Below are positions 63,846 through 64,000 of a stretch of DNA of 64,000 nucleotides, piece after piece; position 1 is the first letter of the stretch; every line of letters starts with the position of its first letter. Under the pieces are notes generated by a model. That model ran no database searches. It saw only the letters and a list, made by a program, of their open reading frames with translations, and was not told the DNA's origin. Origin of the DNA: Octopus vulgaris (lineage: Eukaryota). The translations under genes were made by a program, and so were the position numbers. The stretch covers positions 60,078,001 through 60,142,000 of the forward strand of contig OX597819.1 of NCBI GenBank assembly GCA_951406725.2. Direction: 5' to 3'.

Positions 63846-64000
63846 ATTTATGTATGTAAATATGTACATTTATATCTTGAAGGCCAAACAGTCTATCCTT
63901 TCTTTCCCTCCCTCCTCAACTTTTCTATCCTCACAACCCATGCAGAACCTTACAATTTAAAAGACATGCTGTTGTGTACACATACAATCACACAAACTTG

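Noticed and set aside
61201-64000. Search for the first coding exon of C17orf75
   Set aside because: Candidate donors near 61433 and 62032 give no peptide resembling the conserved N-terminal HYCLYSY region, so the exon is probably outside the window.

Overview
AT-rich, microsatellite- and transposon-dense eukaryotic DNA. The SINE repertoire and (TA)n/(AAT)n/(ATC)n load point to a coleoid cephalopod, probably Octopus (inference). Almost all ORFs in the supplied track are spurious repeat or microsatellite translations. One protein-coding gene can be assembled by hand on the minus strand: a C17orf75/NJMU-R1 orthologue with 10 coding exons between 61200 and the stop at 23931. The phases are fully consistent (1159 nt, about 385 aa), and the 5' exon(s) probably lie beyond 64000. 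One of its introns (55998-58117) is a minor-spliceosome U12 AT-AC intron. The most unusual non-genic signal is a set of at least five unrelated fold-back elements. Several carry minimal type I hammerhead-ribozyme motifs with palindromic stem III, as described for Penelope-like retroelements, and several lie inside the gene's introns. Also present are tandem SINE arrays chained through (AAT)n, head/tail-shuffled SINEs, a Helitron nested in a Helitron, hAT, piggyBac-like and Merlin-like non-autonomous DNA elements, and a decayed CR1 LINE. Family names and homology come from recall of known sequences and were not checked against databases.
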